Part shown: piece after piece, positions 1-8,928 of the stretch
How positions within the stretch are numbered: position 1 is the first letter of the stretch
How the letters are laid out: each line of letters opens with the position of its first letter
Assembly (NCBI RefSeq): GCF_027853245.1
Contig: NZ_JAPTZM010000006.1
Reading direction: 5' to 3' (one strand)
Source of the DNA: Atlantibacter subterraneus
GTDB lineage: Bacteria > Pseudomonadota > Gammaproteobacteria > Enterobacterales > Enterobacteriaceae
DNA: 24,000 nucleotides
Made by a program: the position numbers and the translations under genes
The notes under the pieces: model-generated
The model's input: the letters and a program-made list of their open reading frames with translations, nothing else
Told to the model about the DNA's origin: nothing
The model's database searches: none

Positions 1-634
1 CGGGATGACCGGCTACCTGGGCAAATTCCAGGAGATGGGCGTCACCATTTACGTGACGCCTGACGGTAAACACGCCATTTCCGGCTATCTGTACGATGAG
101 CAGGGTACCAACCTGAGCGAAAAACTGATCGCCCAGGAAATTTATGCTCCCGCAGGCCGGGAGCTGTGGAAGCAAATGGAAAAAGCCAGCTGGATCCAGG
201 ATGGCAAGGCCGACGCGCCGCGCACCATATATGTGTTTGCCGATCCGTTCTGCCCGTATTGCCACCAGTTCTGGCAACAATCGCGTCCCTGGATTGATGC
301 AGGCAAAGTACAGATCCGCACCCTGATGGTTGGCGTAATCAAACCAGAAAGCCGCGCCACCGCAGCGGCGATCATGGGCGCGAAGGATCCGGCAAAAACC
401 TGGCGCGACTTTGAGCAGTCCGGTGGGAAAATGGCGCTGGATATACCCGCTACCATCGCCCCCGAACAGGCGAAAGCATTAAATATTAATCAAAAATTAA
501 TGGATGAACTGGGCGCTAACGCTACTCCGGCGATTTATTACATGAATGACGCTAATGAATTACAGCAGGTGGTCGGCTTACCCGACGCCGAAAAGCTGGC
601 GGTAATAATGGGCGGAGAGATTAAGAAAAACTAA
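1..634 (+). CDS. dsbG: Thiol:disulfide interchange protein DsbG, 5'-truncated by the window edge (frame 2..634)
   Basis: The frame is open from the window edge. The product aligns with E. coli DsbG from about residue 43 (G-M[24 protein letters not shown]). The CPYC active site is present ([13 protein letters not shown]). Stop TAA at 632-634. Confidence 0.9.
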   Translation, partial: GMTGYLGKFQEMGVTIYVTPDGKHAISGYLYDEQGTNLSEKLIAQEIYAPAGRELWKQMEKASWIQDGKADAPRTIYVFADPFCPYCHQFWQQSRPWIDAGKVQIRTLMVGVIKPESRATAAAIMGAKDPAKTWRDFEQSGGKMALDIPATIAPEQAKALNINQKLMDELGANATPAIYYMNDANELQQVVGLPDAEKLAVIMGGEIKKN

Positions 635-655
635 AATTGTCTTTAAATAATTGTC

Positions 656-688
656 ATGGCAGTCATAAAAATGGCTGCTATTTTATTT
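656..688 (+). terminator. Rho-independent terminator candidate downstream of dsbG
   Basis: Stem GCAGUCAU (659-666) pairs with AUGGCUGC (671-678): 8 bp including one G-U wobble, extendable by 3 bp. The loop is AAAA and the tail is TATTTTATTT (679-688). It lies 25 nt after the dsbG stop. Confidence 0.6.
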
Positions 689-749
689 GCCCCGTCTATT
701 ATTTAATTTAATATCATAATCATGACCTATTAGGGTGACGGGGTTAATG

Positions 750-1664
750 ATGGCCAATCTTCAGGATCTGAAAAAATTCGATCTTAATCTGCTGGTTATT
801 TTCGAATGCGTTTATTTACATCGTAGCGTGAGTAAAGCCGCCGAGGCGCTGTTCCTGACGCCTTCCGCCATCAGCCAGTCCATCCAACGTCTACGCAACC
901 AGTTGAACGACCCGCTGTTTCTGCGTGAGGGGAAAGGCATCACGCCCACCACCGTCGCCGATAATTTGCACATTTATCTTGAAGATAACCTTCAACAGCT
1001 CGAACAGACGATACGGGTCGTTCAGGGCGCGCCGCAGCGCAAAAATTTTATTATTTATTGCACTTCATTAATCGGTCTGGAATTTTTATCGCCGCTGGCG
1101 GAACAGTTTTGTCGGCAGCAGGGTTTCGAACTGGTGCATTACGATATGTCTGTTTCCGCGCAGTCGGCAGAAGAACTGTTAACTTTCCGCAAAGCAGATT
1201 TAATTATTGGCAATACGCCTGTGATCGGCCATTCCGTGGTATGTACGCCGCTGTTTAATACCGATCCCATTCTGGTATGCAGTAAAGATCATCCGCGCAT
1301 CGGCGACAACACCACGCTGGCAGCGTTAAAGCATGAGAAGTTTGCCAGAATTACCGGGCTTGAAGAGGGCATCAGGCAGTATGACGTCAAATTAGCGCAG
1401 GAGTTTCCTGACCGAAAAATCGTTTTTTATAGCGATTCTGCCGTTACCGTATTATCCGCCGTCGGGCAAAGCGAACTACTCTGTTTTATCGGCACCAGAG
1501 GCTATGAGCGCTTTAAAGATGTATTCAATCTCAAACGGGTCGCGCTGGCGGATGAACTTCCCGCGCTCGAATTTCATATGATGTACAACCGTTTCGCGCT
1601 GCAAAGCAGCGCGTTCAAGTTACTGCTGGATGCAATTAACCAGCGCGTAATGGCTCTGGAATAA
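750..1664 (+). CDS. ybdO: LysR-family transcriptional regulator (YbdO-like)
   Basis: The N-terminus MANLQDLKKFDLNLLVIFECVY...SKAAEAL..TPSAISQSIQRLR matches the E. coli YbdO N-terminus and the LysR HTH. The ORF-track start GTG 735 and ATG 747 are upstream alternatives. ATG 750 matches the E. coli start and has GGGG 6 nt upstream. Confidence 0.85.
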   Translation: MANLQDLKKFDLNLLVIFECVYLHRSVSKAAEALFLTPSAISQSIQRLRNQLNDPLFLREGKGITPTTVADNLHIYLEDNLQQLEQTIRVVQGAPQRKNFIIYCTSLIGLEFLSPLAEQFCRQQGFELVHYDMSVSAQSAEELLTFRKADLIIGNTPVIGHSVVCTPLFNTDPILVCSKDHPRIGDNTTLAALKHEKFARITGLEEGIRQYDVKLAQEFPDRKIVFYSDSAVTVLSAVGQSELLCFIGTRGYERFKDVFNLKRVALADELPALEFHMMYNRFALQSSAFKLLLDAINQRVMALE

Positions 1665-1666
1665 GC

Positions 1667-2827
1667 TTAGAGGGCGGCTAACCGTGCCGCCGCCGCATCC
1701 AGCGTCGCGTCCTGTTTGGCAAAGCACAGCCGGATTAAGGTGTGCGGGAACGGCGCGGCGCAAAATACCGACAGCGGGATCGCGGCGACGCCCACTTTTT
1801 CAGTCAGCCACTGGCAAAAACTCACGTCGTCTCTGTCGCTAATCGCGCGGTAATCCGCCAGTAAGAAATAAGTGCCCTCACAGGGCAGTAGCTTGAGGCG
1901 GCTGGCGGAAAGCGCATCCACAAAGCGATCGCGTTTGGCGCGGTAAAATTCCGGCAACTGCTGATAGTGCGTAGGCTCTTCCCGCAGCATATCCGCTAAC
2001 GCCAGTTGGGCAGGCGTATTGACTGAAAAGGTCAAATACTGGTGCACTTTGCGCAGTTCTGCGCTGATGGGCGCAGGTGCAACGCAGTACCCTACTTTCC
2101 AGCCGGTCATATGATAGGTTTTGCCGAATGACGATACCGCCACCGCCCGCTCGCGCAGTTGGGGATGCGCCAGCACGCTGGCGTGGCCGTCGGCGGCGAA
2201 ACAGATATGTTCGTACACCTCATCGCTAATCACATAAATTTCCCGATCGGCAATCGCCTGCCACAGCGCGTCAAAATCGCTTTTTTGCCAGACCGTGGCG
2301 GTAGGGTTATGCGGCGTATTCAGGATCACCAGCCGGGTGCGCGGCGACAGCGCGTCGGCGAACTGCTGCCAGTCGACGCGAAAATGCGGCGGCTGGAGCG
2401 CCAGCCGTTTTGAGACGCCCCCGCTTAACGTGATGGCCGGGGCATAACTGTCATAGCTCGGGTCAAAACAGATGACTTCATCGCCGGGGCGCACCAGCGC
2501 GGTAATGGCGGCGTACAACGCTTCCGTCGCGCCCGCCGTGACGGTGATATCGCTGTTGGCGTCAGGACGATGACCGTAAAGCGCAGCGGTTTTATCGGCA
2601 ATCGCCTCGCGCAGCGGCTGCGCGCCGGTCATCGGGGCGTATTGATTGGCTCCGGCGGCAACGTGAAACCCCAGCCGTTGCTGCAAAAAGCGCGGCCCGT
2701 CAAAATCCGGGAACCCCTGGGAGAGATTGATGGCCTGGTGCTGCTGCGCCAGCGCGCTCATCCGGGTGAAAATAGTGGTGCCGAGTGAAGGAAGTTTACT
2801 CTCAGGAATCAAAGGATTATTGCTCAT
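1667..2827 (-). CDS. ybdL: Methionine/aromatic aminotransferase YbdL (PLP-dependent, class I)
   Basis: The 386-aa product is collinear with E. coli YbdL (MSNNPLIP.SKLP.LGTTIFT.MSALAQQHQAINLSQGFPDFDGP...). The PLP-lysine motif SSFGKTYHMTGWK is present. Confidence 0.93.
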   Translation of the reverse strand: MSNNPLIPESKLPSLGTTIFTRMSALAQQHQAINLSQGFPDFDGPRFLQQRLGFHVAAGANQYAPMTGAQPLREAIADKTAALYGHRPDANSDITVTAGATEALYAAITALVRPGDEVICFDPSYDSYAPAITLSGGVSKRLALQPPHFRVDWQQFADALSPRTRLVILNTPHNPTATVWQKSDFDALWQAIADREIYVISDEVYEHICFAADGHASVLAHPQLRERAVAVSSFGKTYHMTGWKVGYCVAPAPISAELRKVHQYLTFSVNTPAQLALADMLREEPTHYQQLPEFYRAKRDRFVDALSASRLKLLPCEGTYFLLADYRAISDRDDVSFCQWLTEKVGVAAIPLSVFCAAPFPHTLIRLCFAKQDATLDAAAARLAAL

Positions 2828-2859
2828 CGTGCCGTGCCCTGCGGGAAAAATATCGTTCC

Positions 2860-2887
2860 ACTATAGCACGACGACTCACTTTGGCAA
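2860..2887 (-). promoter_or_regulatory. Candidate sigma70 promoter for ybdL
   Basis: On the minus strand: TTGCCA (2887-2882), a 16-nt spacer, then TATAGT (2865-2860), about 30 nt upstream of the ybdL ATG. Hexamer match only. Confidence 0.3.
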
Positions 2888-2934
2888 TCAAGACGTTTAG
2901 ACGGCTAAATGTGCTTCCCTGCGCATGATATGCA

Positions 2935-3348
2935 TTAGCCCATCACCATGGTGCTTAACCGGCTGGTGCAGCAGCGCCGCCCGTCGGCATCATAAATGAC
3001 GATTTCCCAGCACTGGCTTTGCCGCCCCGGATGGATGGCCCGGCAAACGCCGCGCACTTTTCCTTCGAAGATGGGCCGATGGTGGGTGGCGTTAAGCTCG
3101 GTACCCACCACGCTCTGGCCCTCTTTGGTGGTCAGAAACCCGGCCATCGAGCCGAGAGTTTCCGCCAGCGCCGCCGACGCACCGCCGTGCAGCAGGCCAA
3201 ACGGCTGAAGCGTGCGGCTGTCCACCGGCATTTCCGCCGCCAGCGACTCCGCGCCGATTTCGGTAAACACAATGCCCAGGTGAGCCACCAGGGTGCCCTC
3301 GCCCATGGCATTCAGTTCATCAAGTGTGATGTTACGTTTCCAGATCAT
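2935..3348 (-). CDS. entH: Proofreading thioesterase EntH (YbdB, hotdog fold)
   Basis: The 137-aa product matches E. coli EntH (MIWKR..TLDELNA...HLGIV...[23 protein letters not shown]...[11 protein letters not shown]). Its ATG directly abuts the entA stop (TGAATG at 3346-3351). Confidence 0.93.
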   Translation of the reverse strand: MIWKRNITLDELNAMGEGTLVAHLGIVFTEIGAESLAAEMPVDSRTLQPFGLLHGGASAALAETLGSMAGFLTTKEGQSVVGTELNATHHRPIFEGKVRGVCRAIHPGRQSQCWEIVIYDADGRRCCTSRLSTMVMG

Positions 3349-4098
3349 TCAGGCTCCCAGTGTCGATCCGCCATCAATCACAATATCCTGCAAAGTGATA
3401 TGGCTGGCCTGATCGGAGGCAAGAAACAGAATGGTACTGGCGATTTCCTGCGGTTTGGCGATTTTGCCCAGCGGAATGCCGAGCTTAAACTGTTCGGCGA
3501 ACCCGGCGATGCGCCGCTGTTCGGCATCGTCCGTGGTCCACAGGGTGCGCTGCATATCGGTATCGGTAGATCCCGGCGACACCAGATTGACCCGCACGCC
3601 GAACGACGCCAGCTCCAGCCCGACGGTGAGGGTCAGGCTTTTCAGCGCCGCCTTGGACGCGCCGTATGCCGACATGCCAATGCGCGGCGTATGCGCCGCG
3701 TCGGACGCCACGGTCACTATCGCCCCGCCCCGTTGCGTGCGGAATACCGGCATCAACCGCTGATACAGATTGAACGCGCCGCCCACGTTGACCGCAAAAG
3801 TCTGCTGCCAGTCGGCCAGCGATAGCGCATCGGTCGGGCCCATGCGCAAAATCCCCGCCGCGTTGACCAGTACATCGAGGCGCGGTTGCGCGGCCAGTAA
3901 CCGCTCACACACCTCGGCCACCTGACCGGCATCGGCGATATCCAGCTGTTCGGTCGCGAACGGGTAATCGCCGTTAAATGCCCGATCTAAACCGATGACC
4001 GTCGCGCCCTGTTGCTGGAACGCCAGCGCGGCGGCATAGCCGATGCCCTTGCCCGCGCCGGTGACCCACACCGTTTTGCCGTCAAACATCCCGGCCAT
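3349..4098 (-). CDS. entA: 2,3-dihydro-2,3-dihydroxybenzoate dehydrogenase EntA (SDR family)
   Basis: The product is collinear with E. coli EntA: Rossmann motif VWVTGAGKGIGY and catalytic YGASKAAL. ATG 4098 was chosen because it overlaps the entB stop (TAATG). The ORF-track start 4131 adds 11 residues with no homology. ATG 4089 is also possible. Confidence 0.9.
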   Translation of the reverse strand: MAGMFDGKTVWVTGAGKGIGYAAALAFQQQGATVIGLDRAFNGDYPFATEQLDIADAGQVAEVCERLLAAQPRLDVLVNAAGILRMGPTDALSLADWQQTFAVNVGGAFNLYQRLMPVFRTQRGGAIVTVASDAAHTPRIGMSAYGASKAALKSLTLTVGLELASFGVRVNLVSPGSTDTDMQRTLWTTDDAEQRRIAGFAEQFKLGIPLGKIAKPQEIASTILFLASDQASHITLQDIVIDGGSTLGA

Positions 4099-4949
4099 TA
4101 GCGCACGTCCCGGGACAGCAGCGCCCACCACGCGTCAATGGTCGGCTTTTTCGCCAGCATCACGAAATCAATGTCCGGATAAACCTGCCGCCAGCGCGAA
4201 GCCAGCGCCATCATGCGCACCGAATCCAGACCGTAGTCGATCAGGTTTTCATCATCTTCCGGCTCGTCGGATTCATCCAGCAGCGGCAGCACTAGCGCGC
4301 GCAGCTGTTGCTTGCTTTGCGGCGTCGGCAGCAAATCTGCGGTCATCACCACGCGTCCGGCGCGGCCCGCCACGTATTTCAGCGCCATCAGGTGCTCTTC
4401 GCGGCTGAAATCCGCCAGCGCATCGGCCACCATAAACGGCTGGATATCACGCATAAACGCGTCGGTGGCGGTAGTCATGCAGCCGATGTGAGCGTAAACG
4501 CCGCAAATCAACAGCTGATCGCGCCCCGACGCTTTCAGGGCCTGCTCTAGTGGCGAGCGGTGAAACGCGCTGTAGCGCCACTTCACCAGCACCGTGTCGT
4601 CGCTGTCGGGGGCCAGTTCCGCCACCACGCGCTGCTGTTCCGGATAATTGTTCAGCCCCGGTCCCCACATATCGTTGAGCAGTGCGCGATCTTCCGGGCT
4701 CTGGTTGTCCGGCTGCGCGGTGTAATAGACCGGGATGCCTTGCTGTTTGCAGTAGCGGCGCAGCGCGGCGATGTTGGCGATCACCTGCGCCATCATCGGG
4801 CAGTTCTCGCCCCAGAAATTGACGAAATAATCCTGCATATCGTGGATTAACAGCGCGGCGCGCGCCGGTTCAAAAGCCCACTGCACTTTGTTATCTGGGA
4901 TATCTGCCGCGCCCGGCAGGCTGTACGCGTTAAGTTTTGGGATCGCCAC
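4098..4949 (-). CDS. entB: Isochorismatase / aryl carrier protein EntB
   Basis: The product is collinear with E. coli EntB (AIPKL.AY.LP...DIP.NKV.WAFEP.RAALLIHDMQDYFV). The C-terminal ArCP carries the phosphopantetheinyl serine (DYGLDSVRMM). GTG 4949 reproduces the E. coli M-AIPKL start and has GAAGGAGAA 6 nt upstream. The alternative ATG 4964 overlaps the entE stop (ATGA). Confidence 0.9.
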   Translation of the reverse strand: MAIPKLNAYSLPGAADIPDNKVQWAFEPARAALLIHDMQDYFVNFWGENCPMMAQVIANIAALRRYCKQQGIPVYYTAQPDNQSPEDRALLNDMWGPGLNNYPEQQRVVAELAPDSDDTVLVKWRYSAFHRSPLEQALKASGRDQLLICGVYAHIGCMTTATDAFMRDIQPFMVADALADFSREEHLMALKYVAGRAGRVVMTADLLPTPQSKQQLRALVLPLLDESDEPEDDENLIDYGLDSVRMMALASRWRQVYPDIDFVMLAKKPTIDAWWALLSRDVR

Positions 4950-4960
4950 GGTGTTCTCCT

Positions 4961-6574
4961 TCATGATGCCGACTGGCGTTCCGCCAGCCGTTGACGCAAC
5001 TGTTTTTTATCGACTTTGCCCACCGGCGTGAGCGGCAACTCGGCCACGCTTTCCACCCGGTCCGGCAGTTTGAAATCGGCGACGCCGAGCTCGCGCAGGT
5101 AGCGGCGGATCTCTACCGCTTTTACCGCCCGGCGGGTAACCAGGAACGCGCAGCTCTTCTCGCCCATCAGGCTGTCTTCCATCGACACCAGCGCCGCCTG
5201 AATAATCGCCTCGTGGCGCAGCAGCAGGTTTTCGATCTCTTCGGCGGCGATCTTCTCACCGCCCCGATTGATCTGATCCTTCTCGCGGCCCTGAACGGTG
5301 ATGTAGCCGTCCTCGTCGATGGCGATCAGATCGCCGGAGCAGTAAAAACCGTCGGCATCGAATGCCTGGGCATTGTGCTCCGGGCTCAGGTAATAGCCGC
5401 GGAAGGTGTACGGGCCGCGCGTCATCAGGCGTCCAACCTGCCCGGCAGGCAGCGCGTTACCGTTTTCATCCGCCACCCAGACTTCATCGTCCGGGCACAT
5501 CGGACAGCCCTGGGTATTGAAAATGCGCTCATCGCTGTCGTCCAGGCGGGTGTAGTTCACCAGCCCTTCCGCCATCCCAAAAACCTGCTGCAACTGGCAG
5601 CCGAGTTCAGTGGGAATGCGCGCGGCCAGCGAATTCGACAGCCGCGCGCCGCCAACCTGCAACAGCTTGAGGGTAGCCAGCTGCGCGCGATCTTCGCCCT
5701 CCTGCAGCGCCTGTAGCCACAGGCTGACCGCCGGCGGCACCAGCGCGGTAACGTTAATCTGATGCCGGGCGATCAGCGGGAAGCAGTGGCTGGCGCTGGG
5801 ATCGTTAGCCAGCACCACCGTTCCGCCCGCCAGATAAACCCCCAGCGCGCCCGGCGAGCTCATCGGGTAGTTGTGGGCCGCTGGCAGGGCGCACAGATAG
5901 CGGGTATCGGCATCAAACCGGCAGATTTCGTTACTGCGGCGGATGCTGTAGTAGTAATCGTTATGGGTGCGCGGGATCAGCTTTGGCGTGCCGGTACTGC
6001 CGCCGGAGAGCTGGAAAAAGGCCACTTCATCGGCAGGCGTCGGAGTGGCGATAAAGCCGTCGGCAGGTTGTTCAAGCAGCCGCGCCAGGCCCTGCTCGCC
6101 GCCATCGCGGTTCAGAAAGACGTGGCGGATCGACGGGGTCGCTTCACGCAGCTGCGCCAGGTAATCATCGTTGGCGAATAAGCCATGAGCGCGATCGGCA
6201 ATCAACAGCGCCGGTTCGATTTGCCGGGCGTAGGCTTCCAGCTCGGTGCGCTGGTGGCTGAACAGGGCATTCACCGGCGCGACGCCAATTTTGAGCAGGG
6301 CAAAAAAAACGATATAAAACTCGGCGACGTTGCCCAACTGCACCAGCGCGGTTTCGCCACGGCGTAAACCGCGCCGCGACAGCGCCGCCGCCAGGCGGTT
6401 GGCGGCCTGGTCAAGCTCGCGGTAAGTGAGCGTGCGCTCGCCGTCGATCAGTGCCACCGCGTCGTTGTCGGCGTGGCGCTGCAAAATGTCACTCAGCGGC
6501 AAGTCGAGCCAGTAGCCTTTCTCGCGGTAGCGGGCGGCGAAATCATCCGGCCAGCGGGTATAGGGAATAATCAT
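4961..6574 (-). CDS. entE: 2,3-dihydroxybenzoate-AMP ligase EntE
   Basis: The 537-aa product is collinear with E. coli EntE. The adenylation motif [24 protein letters not shown] is present. The start ATG overlaps the entC stop (ATGA at 6571-6574). Confidence 0.95.
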   Translation of the reverse strand: MIIPYTRWPDDFAARYREKGYWLDLPLSDILQRHADNDAVALIDGERTLTYRELDQAANRLAAALSRRGLRRGETALVQLGNVAEFYIVFFALLKIGVAPVNALFSHQRTELEAYARQIEPALLIADRAHGLFANDDYLAQLREATPSIRHVFLNRDGGEQGLARLLEQPADGFIATPTPADEVAFFQLSGGSTGTPKLIPRTHNDYYYSIRRSNEICRFDADTRYLCALPAAHNYPMSSPGALGVYLAGGTVVLANDPSASHCFPLIARHQINVTALVPPAVSLWLQALQEGEDRAQLATLKLLQVGGARLSNSLAARIPTELGCQLQQVFGMAEGLVNYTRLDDSDERIFNTQGCPMCPDDEVWVADENGNALPAGQVGRLMTRGPYTFRGYYLSPEHNAQAFDADGFYCSGDLIAIDEDGYITVQGREKDQINRGGEKIAAEEIENLLLRHEAIIQAALVSMEDSLMGEKSCAFLVTRRAVKAVEIRRYLRELGVADFKLPDRVESVAELPLTPVGKVDKKQLRQRLAERQSAS

Positions 6575-7761
6575 GACGCGCTCCTGTCGTTCAGGCCAAA
6601 TACGTTGAGCATGGTGGAGAGCTTGACGCCCGTTTCATGCCATTCCGATTCCGCTACCGACGCCGGAACGATCCCCGCACCGGCGAAACAGCGGATCTGC
6701 TTGTCGTTTAACTGCGCGCAGCGGATCGCCACCGCCCACTCGCCATTGCCCTGGTCATCGCACCAGCCGACGATCCCGCCGAACAGTTCGCGATCGAACG
6801 GCTCCAGCTCGGCGATCAGTTGACGGGCGACGGTATGCGGGAAGCCGCTCAATGCGGGCGTCGGATGCAGCAGGCAGGCCAGCGACAGCGCGTTTTCCTG
6901 CTCTGTACGGGTCTCGCCGCTGATGGCGGTAGCCAGATGCCACAGCGTCGGGGTGGTGATCAGCTCGGGGGTTTCCGGCACCCGCAGGCGCTGGCTGCGG
7001 CCACTGAGGATCTGGCGCATCGCCTGGGTAACCAGCTGGTGTTCGTGGCGATCTTTGCGGGAATTCAGTAGCCGATCCCCCACCAGCTTATCTTCGGTGC
7101 TGTTAGGGTGACGGCGCGCGGAGCCCGCCAGCGGCAGCGAGTAAAACTGGTTTTGCTGTTTACGCAGCAGCAGCTCCGGGCTGGCACCGACCAGCGCGCC
7201 GCCGTCCGCCAGCGGAACGTGGAAGTTGTAGCTGGCGGGGTTAAGCGCCACCAGCCGGTTCAACAGCTGATTGCGATCCAGCGCGTCGGCGGTGGTGATA
7301 TCGATCAGGCGCGACAGCACCACCTTGCTGACTTCCGGCGTGGCGGTCAGTGTGGCGGCACGCTCCACCATCGCCATAAACTGCGGTTTTTCCGGGATGG
7401 CCTGCTGCGCCACCAGCCGCAGCTGCGGCGGCGCGGCGGTACGGGCGCGGGCTAACATCGCGCGGTGGGAAAACGCCTGATAGTCACGCGGCACAAACAG
7501 CGCCGAGGGTTTACGGGTATCGAACGGAATTGCACCGACCACAATCGGCCTGGCACAGCCCTTGTCACGGGCGGCGGCGAACGTTGCGCTCAGCTGCTGT
7601 TGGAATTCGCCGTTAAGATCTTCGCCATCAGCGGCGGGGGTGGTCAGCCGGGACAGGCAGCCGGATGTCACCAGATTGCGATGCGGCGACATAAAGAAAA
7701 AGCTGTCAGGTGAAAGGGTGACAGCGTGCTGTTGGGATTCCTCTGCCAAAGACGCCTCCAT
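6571..7761 (-). CDS. entC: Isochorismate synthase EntC
   Basis: The product is collinear with E. coli EntC (M..SLAEE.QQ......FFFMSP.R...TSGC ... [13 protein letters not shown]...IRCA). ATG 7761 matches the E. coli start and is preceded by GAGGAG. The ORF-track ATG 7773 has no SD. Confidence 0.92.
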   Translation of the reverse strand: MEASLAEESQQHAVTLSPDSFFFMSPHRNLVTSGCLSRLTTPAADGEDLNGEFQQQLSATFAAARDKGCARPIVVGAIPFDTRKPSALFVPRDYQAFSHRAMLARARTAAPPQLRLVAQQAIPEKPQFMAMVERAATLTATPEVSKVVLSRLIDITTADALDRNQLLNRLVALNPASYNFHVPLADGGALVGASPELLLRKQQNQFYSLPLAGSARRHPNSTEDKLVGDRLLNSRKDRHEHQLVTQAMRQILSGRSQRLRVPETPELITTPTLWHLATAISGETRTEQENALSLACLLHPTPALSGFPHTVARQLIAELEPFDRELFGGIVGWCDDQGNGEWAVAIRCAQLNDKQIRCFAGAGIVPASVAESEWHETGVKLSTMLNVFGLNDRSAS

Positions 7762-7790
7762 ACGCTCCTCCATAAAATGATAAGGTGTTT

Positions 7791-7809
7791 AATAATTATT
7801 ATCATTTGC
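7791..7809. promoter_or_regulatory. Fur box (entC operator)
   Basis: AATAATTATTATCATTTGC matches the 19-bp Fur consensus GATAATGATAATCATTATC at 14/19. It lies 30-48 nt upstream of the entC start, next to further AATGATAA-type hexamers (7776-7783). This position agrees with the known Fur control of the entC promoter in E. coli. Confidence 0.7.
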
Positions 7810-7904
7810 GTTTGGTGGCGTAACCTAAGGGCAAAGCGTCCGATTGTCAATCCAGCGCGAGCGATTTCGGGCACAACGCCAGCGGCAATTGTTGTTCACA
7901 GCGC

Positions 7905-7946
7905 TTGCAACCGGACCGGGCAATGTTGAAAATGAGAAGCATTACT
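7905..7946 (+). promoter_or_regulatory. Candidate fepB promoter with overlapping Fur box
   Basis: TTGCAA (7905-7910), a 17-nt spacer, then GAAAAT (7928-7933). GAAAATGAGAAGCATTACT (7928-7946) matches the Fur consensus at 14/19 and resembles the iucA-type Fur box. Confidence 0.55.
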
Positions 7947-7956
7947 AACCTTTACC

Positions 7957-8928
7957 GTGGGACTCTACGCCGTGAAATCACGCTTCACCTTTGGGCTGCT
8001 GCTCTCCCTGCTCGCTTTCGGATTTTCCTCACTCACTCAGGCCGCCGACTGGCCGCGCCAGATCCAGGACAGCCGGGGCACGCACACGCTTGAGCAGATG
8101 CCCCAGCGCATTGTCTCCACCAGCGTCACGCTGACCGGCTCGCTGCTGGCGATTGACGCGCCGGTGATCGCCAGCGGCGCTACCTCGCCGGGCAACCGGG
8201 TGGCGGATGGTCAGGGCTTTCTGAAACAGTGGGGCGAGGTGGCGAAGCAGCGTAACGTGCAGCGGCTGTATATCGGCGAAGCCAATGCCGAAGCGGTCGC
8301 GGCTCAGATGCCGGATCTGATTTTGATCAGCGCTACCGGCGGCGATTCGGCGTTACCGCTTTACGATCAGCTTTCCGCCATCGCGCCCACGTTAATCATT
8401 AATTACGACGATAAAAGCTGGCAGCAGCTGTTAACCCAGCTTGGGGAAATCACCGGTCACGAAAAGCAGGCCGCCGAACGCATCGCCAGTTTCGATAAGC
8501 AGTTAGCCGAAGTCAAAGCGCAGATCGTCCTGCCGCCGCAGCCGGTAAGTGCGCTGGTATACAACCCGGCGGCGCACGGCGCGAATCTCTGGACGCCGGA
8601 GTCGGCGCAGGGGAAATTGTTACAGCAACTCGGTTTTACCCAGGCCGCCCTGCCCGCTAATCTGCAAACCAGCCAGTCGCAGGGCAAACGCCATGACATC
8701 ATTCAGCTCGGCGGGGAGGATCTGGCAGCGGGATTAAACGGCGAGACGCTGTTTCTGTTCGCCGGGGATGAGCGGGACGCCAAAGCGCTGGCGGACAATC
8801 CGCTGTTAAAACATCTGCCTGCGGTACAGCAGCAGCGCGTCTACCCGCTGGGCACCGAAACTTTTCGTCTCGATTACTACAGCGCCAGCCAGCTGTTGAC
8901 CCGGCTGACGCAGCTGTTTAAATCATGA
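7957..8928 (+). CDS. fepB: Ferric enterobactin periplasmic binding protein FepB
   Basis: The mature part is collinear with E. coli FepB ([44 protein letters not shown]). The signal peptide is ...[23 protein letters not shown]|ADWP. The frame is closed by TGA at 7933-7935, so the only candidate starts are GTG 7957 and GTG 7972, and neither has a good SD. Confidence 0.88.
   Translation: MGLYAVKSRFTFGLLLSLLAFGFSSLTQAADWPRQIQDSRGTHTLEQMPQRIVSTSVTLTGSLLAIDAPVIASGATSPGNRVADGQGFLKQWGEVAKQRNVQRLYIGEANAEAVAAQMPDLILISATGGDSALPLYDQLSAIAPTLIINYDDKSWQQLLTQLGEITGHEKQAAERIASFDKQLAEVKAQIVLPPQPVSALVYNPAAHGANLWTPESAQGKLLQQLGFTQAALPANLQTSQSQGKRHDIIQLGGEDLAAGLNGETLFLFAGDERDAKALADNPLLKHLPAVQQQRVYPLGTETFRLDYYSASQLLTRLTQLFKS

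Noticed and set aside
1673-1691. A GGCGGC/GCCGCC hairpin after the ybdO stop as a terminator
   Set aside because: It has a 6-bp stem with no U-tract, lies inside the ybdL coding sequence, and is indistinguishable from chance GC-rich complementarity.
3019-3825. A 268-aa plus-strand ORF across entH/entA
   Set aside because: It is antisense to two well-supported ent genes. Its Arg/His/Gln-rich composition is typical of a GC-rich shadow frame.
7905-8093. A 62-aa ORF overlapping the fepB 5' end as an independent small gene
   Set aside because: It overlaps the fepB signal-peptide coding region out of frame, and its starts lie within the promoter and Fur box. It is kept only as part of the fepB start-site observation, not as a gene call.
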